This document shows positions 60,117 through 64,000 of a DNA stretch of 64,000 nt, piece by piece. Under the pieces are notes generated by a model. It was not told the origin of the DNA and ran no database searches. It worked only from the letters and a program-made list of their open reading frames with translations. This DNA comes from Ruditapes philippinarum (Eukaryota). The stretch spans positions 1-64,000 of the forward strand of contig NW_026861937.1 in the NCBI RefSeq assembly GCF_026571515.1, given 5' to 3'. Both the position numbers and the translations under genes were made by a program. Position 1 is the stretch's first letter. Each line of letters opens with the position of its first letter.

Positions 60117-62216
60117 ATGTCGAGAATACCAGATTACGCTCACAATTTATCACCTAAAATGTCTCAAGTGATGGATGGGATTGGTGTTAACGAGAAGATA
60201 GTGATGAAAAGAAGAAGAGCAATGCTACTGAATGAATCACTATTTACGTTACCTCATCAGCTACTCGGTAATGATAAGAATATATTCTTATTCGGCAGTC
60301 AAATAGAAGGTTCTACAACACTAGGATTAAAGTCTGACACAGATTGTCTTATATCTGTGAACATCTATAATGTGATACAAGACTGGAGTGAATGGGAATA
60401 TGGTAAACGTAATTTGTTAATGATACAAGATGAGTATGTCTCACCAGGATATTGTTTGTTACAAATTCTTAGAGATGATGCTCCACTACCAGAAGTAGCT
60501 GAAGTTGATGACAATTCATATAGAGACAGAATGGGGAGAATATTGTTGAATAATACATTTTTAAATGATGTTGGAATTAATGAATTTATTAGACACGGCC
60601 CAGCCCATTCTATACAAGATGTTCCTGGTGTCAGTGATGATGATTTTGTTTTTGCCTTTCCCTGTCATTTAAGACCAGTTCAAGCACGGCACTGGTTAAA
60701 TCAGCATAGAGAGGAGCAATGGCCTACAAATGGTATGATAAAGTACTGTAGTAACACGCAATGTTTTGTTGTTGGAGTTGGGAAAACAGGAAGTGTAAAT
60801 GAAGCGTTTGAATGGAGAATATCCACATCAATTGCGGAGAGATATTTAATGTTTAATCTTAACATAACACAAATTAGATGTTATGTTTTGATGAAAATGA
60901 TCTTGAAAACATTTATAACTCAAAGAATTCCCGACAGCATTTCAAGTTTCATGTGTAAAACAATTTTGTTACATTGTATTTCATTTACAAGATCTGATAC
61001 GTGGAAGGAAAATACTCTCTTTAGTTGTCTATCATTTTGTTTATCAACACTTTACAACTGTGTTCAGAATGAATTCTGTCCTCATTTTTTCATCACACAA
61101 AATAACTTGATGAACGGGCGAATTTCTCCGGAAGCGAAGCCGTTAATACTTGAAATTCTTCGTTATGTGATCGAAAGTAATGGAAGGGCATTACTCGAAA
61201 TTGAATGTGACAACTATGGTTCATATCTACAATTAAGATTAAACGGTTTTATACTACAAAATGCCCATTATATTCCCACTATAATTGCTGGGACATTACT
61301 AAGAGAAACAGCCTCTCACATAAGCGCAAATATCAATCATCTGTTATGTGACATGAATGATTTATCACCAAGACATGCGATGGAAAAACTTTTAACAATC
61401 ATTTCAAATCATCCTAATGACAATTTCACAAACATAGATAGAAAAGCTTATCGTTTCTATACAAAATATTTATGTAATACACTAGGATCTGTTCTAGCGT
61501 CTTTAAACATTAACCAACAAGACCATTTAATTTACAAAAAGGCACTTTCGTTCATGTCATTAGGACTAGACTCCGATGTAGCATCTGGTAAACTGAAACT
61601 AGCATCAATGCTCTTTTGTGCCGGAGAAATTGAGATGACTGAACTGGTCCTGAAAAATATCGAGGAGTGTTATAATCTTAGTGTTGTTGAACCAATATGT
61701 GAGTGTTATGTTTTTAAACAGCCTTTACGAAGAAAAATATTCGACAGATTATGCTTTGAATCAAATGAAGAATGCACACTGCTAAAACATATAACAGCAT
61801 CATGTGTCTGTTTTATACGATGTGAAATAAACTGTTGCCCATTCGAACTTCAACATGAAATGTTTAGATCAACACAGGAAGACCTTGCTTACAGAAGTGA
61901 AGATGATAAATGGATGGACATGGCTGTTGTAGATTCTCTCCCTTACCTCTATTTCTTGCAGTACAAGACATATTCCCGTCTAGGAAGACAAGATGATAAA
62001 CAGAGGGCTCTCTCTAACATTGCCAGAACCATTGATGTTGAACCAAATCTCGGACACAGGGAAACAGCACTCAATCTTCTAGGACAGTGTATGGAAGAAG
62101 AGAATAATGTAGAAAATGCTTTTAAATATTATGCGCGTTCCCTTCAGATAAGAAGACGAAATAATTCGGCAAAAGTCCATATTTGTAAGCTGTTAAACAA
62201 ATTGATCAATAACTAG
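60117..62216 (+). CDS. cGLR copy 7, 699 aa, type-A tail followed by an open in-frame 44-codon type-B module
   Basis: FGSQIEGSTTLGLKSDTD, DDDFV, EWRISTSIAER, SSFMCKT, CPHFFITQNNL, TPR-like tail. Confidence 0.9.
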   Translation: MSRIPDYAHNLSPKMSQVMDGIGVNEKIVMKRRRAMLLNESLFTLPHQLLGNDKNIFLFGSQIEGSTTLGLKSDTDCLISVNIYNVIQDWSEWEYGKRNLLMIQDEYVSPGYCLLQILRDDAPLPEVAEVDDNSYRDRMGRILLNNTFLNDVGINEFIRHGPAHSIQDVPGVSDDDFVFAFPCHLRPVQARHWLNQHREEQWPTNGMIKYCSNTQCFVVGVGKTGSVNEAFEWRISTSIAERYLMFNLNITQIRCYVLMKMILKTFITQRIPDSISSFMCKTILLHCISFTRSDTWKENTLFSCLSFCLSTLYNCVQNEFCPHFFITQNNLMNGRISPEAKPLILEILRYVIESNGRALLEIECDNYGSYLQLRLNGFILQNAHYIPTIIAGTLLRETASHISANINHLLCDMNDLSPRHAMEKLLTIISNHPNDNFTNIDRKAYRFYTKYLCNTLGSVLASLNINQQDHLIYKKALSFMSLGLDSDVASGKLKLASMLFCAGEIEMTELVLKNIEECYNLSVVEPICECYVFKQPLRRKIFDRLCFESNEECTLLKHITASCVCFIRCEINCCPFELQHEMFRSTQEDLAYRSEDDKWMDMAVVDSLPYLYFLQYKTYSRLGRQDDKQRALSNIARTIDVEPNLGHRETALNLLGQCMEEENNVENAFKYYARSLQIRRRNNSAKVHICKLLNKLINN

Positions 62217-63786
62217 ATTTCACTTGTTTTGGAACAAGAACACCGCACGGAAGATACTTTGGAATGCTTTCTGGTGTCCTTAAAGATACAAAATAGACAG
62301 AATTCCGCAAAGTGTCATATATTTAGACTGTTAGCACCCGTTTATAATTAGAATCATAAGTTATATGTTTAAGGGCATACACAGCTTACCTACGTAACAA
62401 CAGCGTAGGTATGGTTATCATAAACTATTCATAACCAAGCAAAATGCTTTAATTACCACAAAAATACTTTACATACAGAAGGGAAGAAGCCGTTTTGGAT
62501 GAACATGGCCATTGTGAATTAGTTTATTTTATTTTATTTTCTGCAAAACCAGATATCGTTGAAGATGATAGGAAATATAACAATAAACTGAAAAACAATA
62601 ATCCTTTAAATAGATATCGAGGACATATGACAAAGCACTGAACTTCCATGTACAGTGTGTATTATGCTTTGTCATTGTAATAAAGTCACAATGTTTGCCG
62701 AGTAACTATCTAATATGAGACACTTATTCTATAGTTTTGAACATGATCAGTTTAAATAGAAATTATCTATCAGCGTTTAATCATTGCATAACAGAATCTT
62801 TTATAAATGGCGGGGTATTTTGCCAATAAACTGTCACTTCAAACACAATGTAATTTCGTTGTCATATCAGATACGGTAACATTTTTATCCGAATGAAAGT
62901 ATAATCTTACATTATACGTGTCCATTAGATGAACAACAAAACGTTATATGCATTTTGAATAATATTAGATGATGATATTAAATCTATCAAGAAAGGAACA
63001 GGTATTGTAACGGATTTCTAACAAAAAAGAGAACACAATTTTACATAATTATAATAGATGATAACATATATTCTGAGCAACGAAGGATTTAGGACAAACT
63101 AATTTGGAATAAATAGCTTTAAGAAGTGTCAGGCACTGGAAAACATTTAGATTAAATATGGATGTTATCATGACAATCATCATATAAAATTGCTAATATA
63201 TTTTATGTTATCTGTTTTTTATGAACAGCTCAATCCAATATTTTCAGTAGAGACAATAATTGTTAAGCCAGTATGTTGACAGTGTTTTAACATTTTATAA
63301 TAATATAATTGTGCACATACTTTTTCAATTTATTTTCTGTTTGATAGTTTATCGGCACTTTAAATATATTGTATTTTAGATGTAAGGAACACAACTTGTA
63401 CTGTTGTATAATGTATGCATGTACTCCAGTGTTATCTGTTCAATATTATCTGTGCGATTCTATTTATAAGTATTTTGTCCGAACATGCTTTAGATTTTCA
63501 CAATTGTATCATTTTGTTTTCATTACTTGTGGATGAAAGTGACGACTTAACAGTGTTGATATTTCAGATACATCATAAAACTGAAAATGAATTTTGCTCC
63601 GGTCAAAAGAGGCCCGTTTTTCATTTTGATATTGTGTATATATATTTTTCTGGTTCTCTAATTAATATAATACTTAAACTGCTGAATTTGTATTTGTTTA
63701 ATGGAATCGCCTTGCTTGATATATTGTACAATTCATTTGAAACTAAATGAAATGCAAAAATAATAGAGTTTGGTCATACACCATGG

Positions 63787-64000
63787 ATGTGCAGGCTGGC
63801 CTGGTATTACATTCGTTGCAAAAGCTGATCACATTCGATTTCAGCAAGTTGGCCAGGCTCTATATATGCACTTTCGGTTTCAGAAAGCTGACATTACTCT
63901 ATACTAGTGGCAATGACTGATCACTTTCGATTTCAGCAGCAGGCATGGCTTGATACTTATGGCAAAGTTTGACCACTTTCGATTTCAGCAAGTTGGCCTG
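63787..64000 (+). repeat. Start of 53-bp minisatellite array 5 (runs off the window)
   Basis: GGATGTGCAGGCTGGCC entry followed by ACTTTCG(G/A)TTTCAG units. Confidence 0.85.

Overview
AT-rich animal genomic DNA. The repeat landscape (HINE/Helentron elements with AAGGTCAAGGTCA satellites, tRNA-derived SINEs) suggests a bivalve mollusc; this is inference. The window is a tandem, all-plus-strand cluster of cGAS-like receptor (cGLR / Mab-21 nucleotidyltransferase) genes with a Cys-rich and TPR-like C-terminal half. It holds six intact ~697-699 aa single-coding-exon genes (ATGs at 7608, 15458, 30326, 38122, 49758, 60117), one frameshifted copy (22971-25101, probably partly sequencing error) and one 3' remnant (~27.64 kb). 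Six of the seven near-full-length copies carry a composite NF-kB + IRF/ISRE motif (TTGGAAATTCCAACTTTCGTTTTC) just before a ~240-bp 5'UTR intron. The most striking feature is five variable-length arrays of a 53-bp minisatellite (roughly 110 units in total), one downstream of each of five genes. Their most recognisable core, ACTTTCGGTTTC (= GAAACCGAAAGT), is a consensus ISRE/IRF element, so they are a candidate tandem-repeat immune enhancer or decoy system. The genes use two alternative C-terminal modules (A, B), and three genes keep an in-frame silent B module directly after the stop codon. The gene order A, A+B, B repeats as a three-gene cassette. Mobile elements include a young full-length Ty3/Gypsy LTR element inserted ~40 bp upstream of the first gene's promoter motif, a second degenerate Gypsy at the left edge, mariner-, pogo- and Kolobok-type MITEs, HINEs and a SINE.
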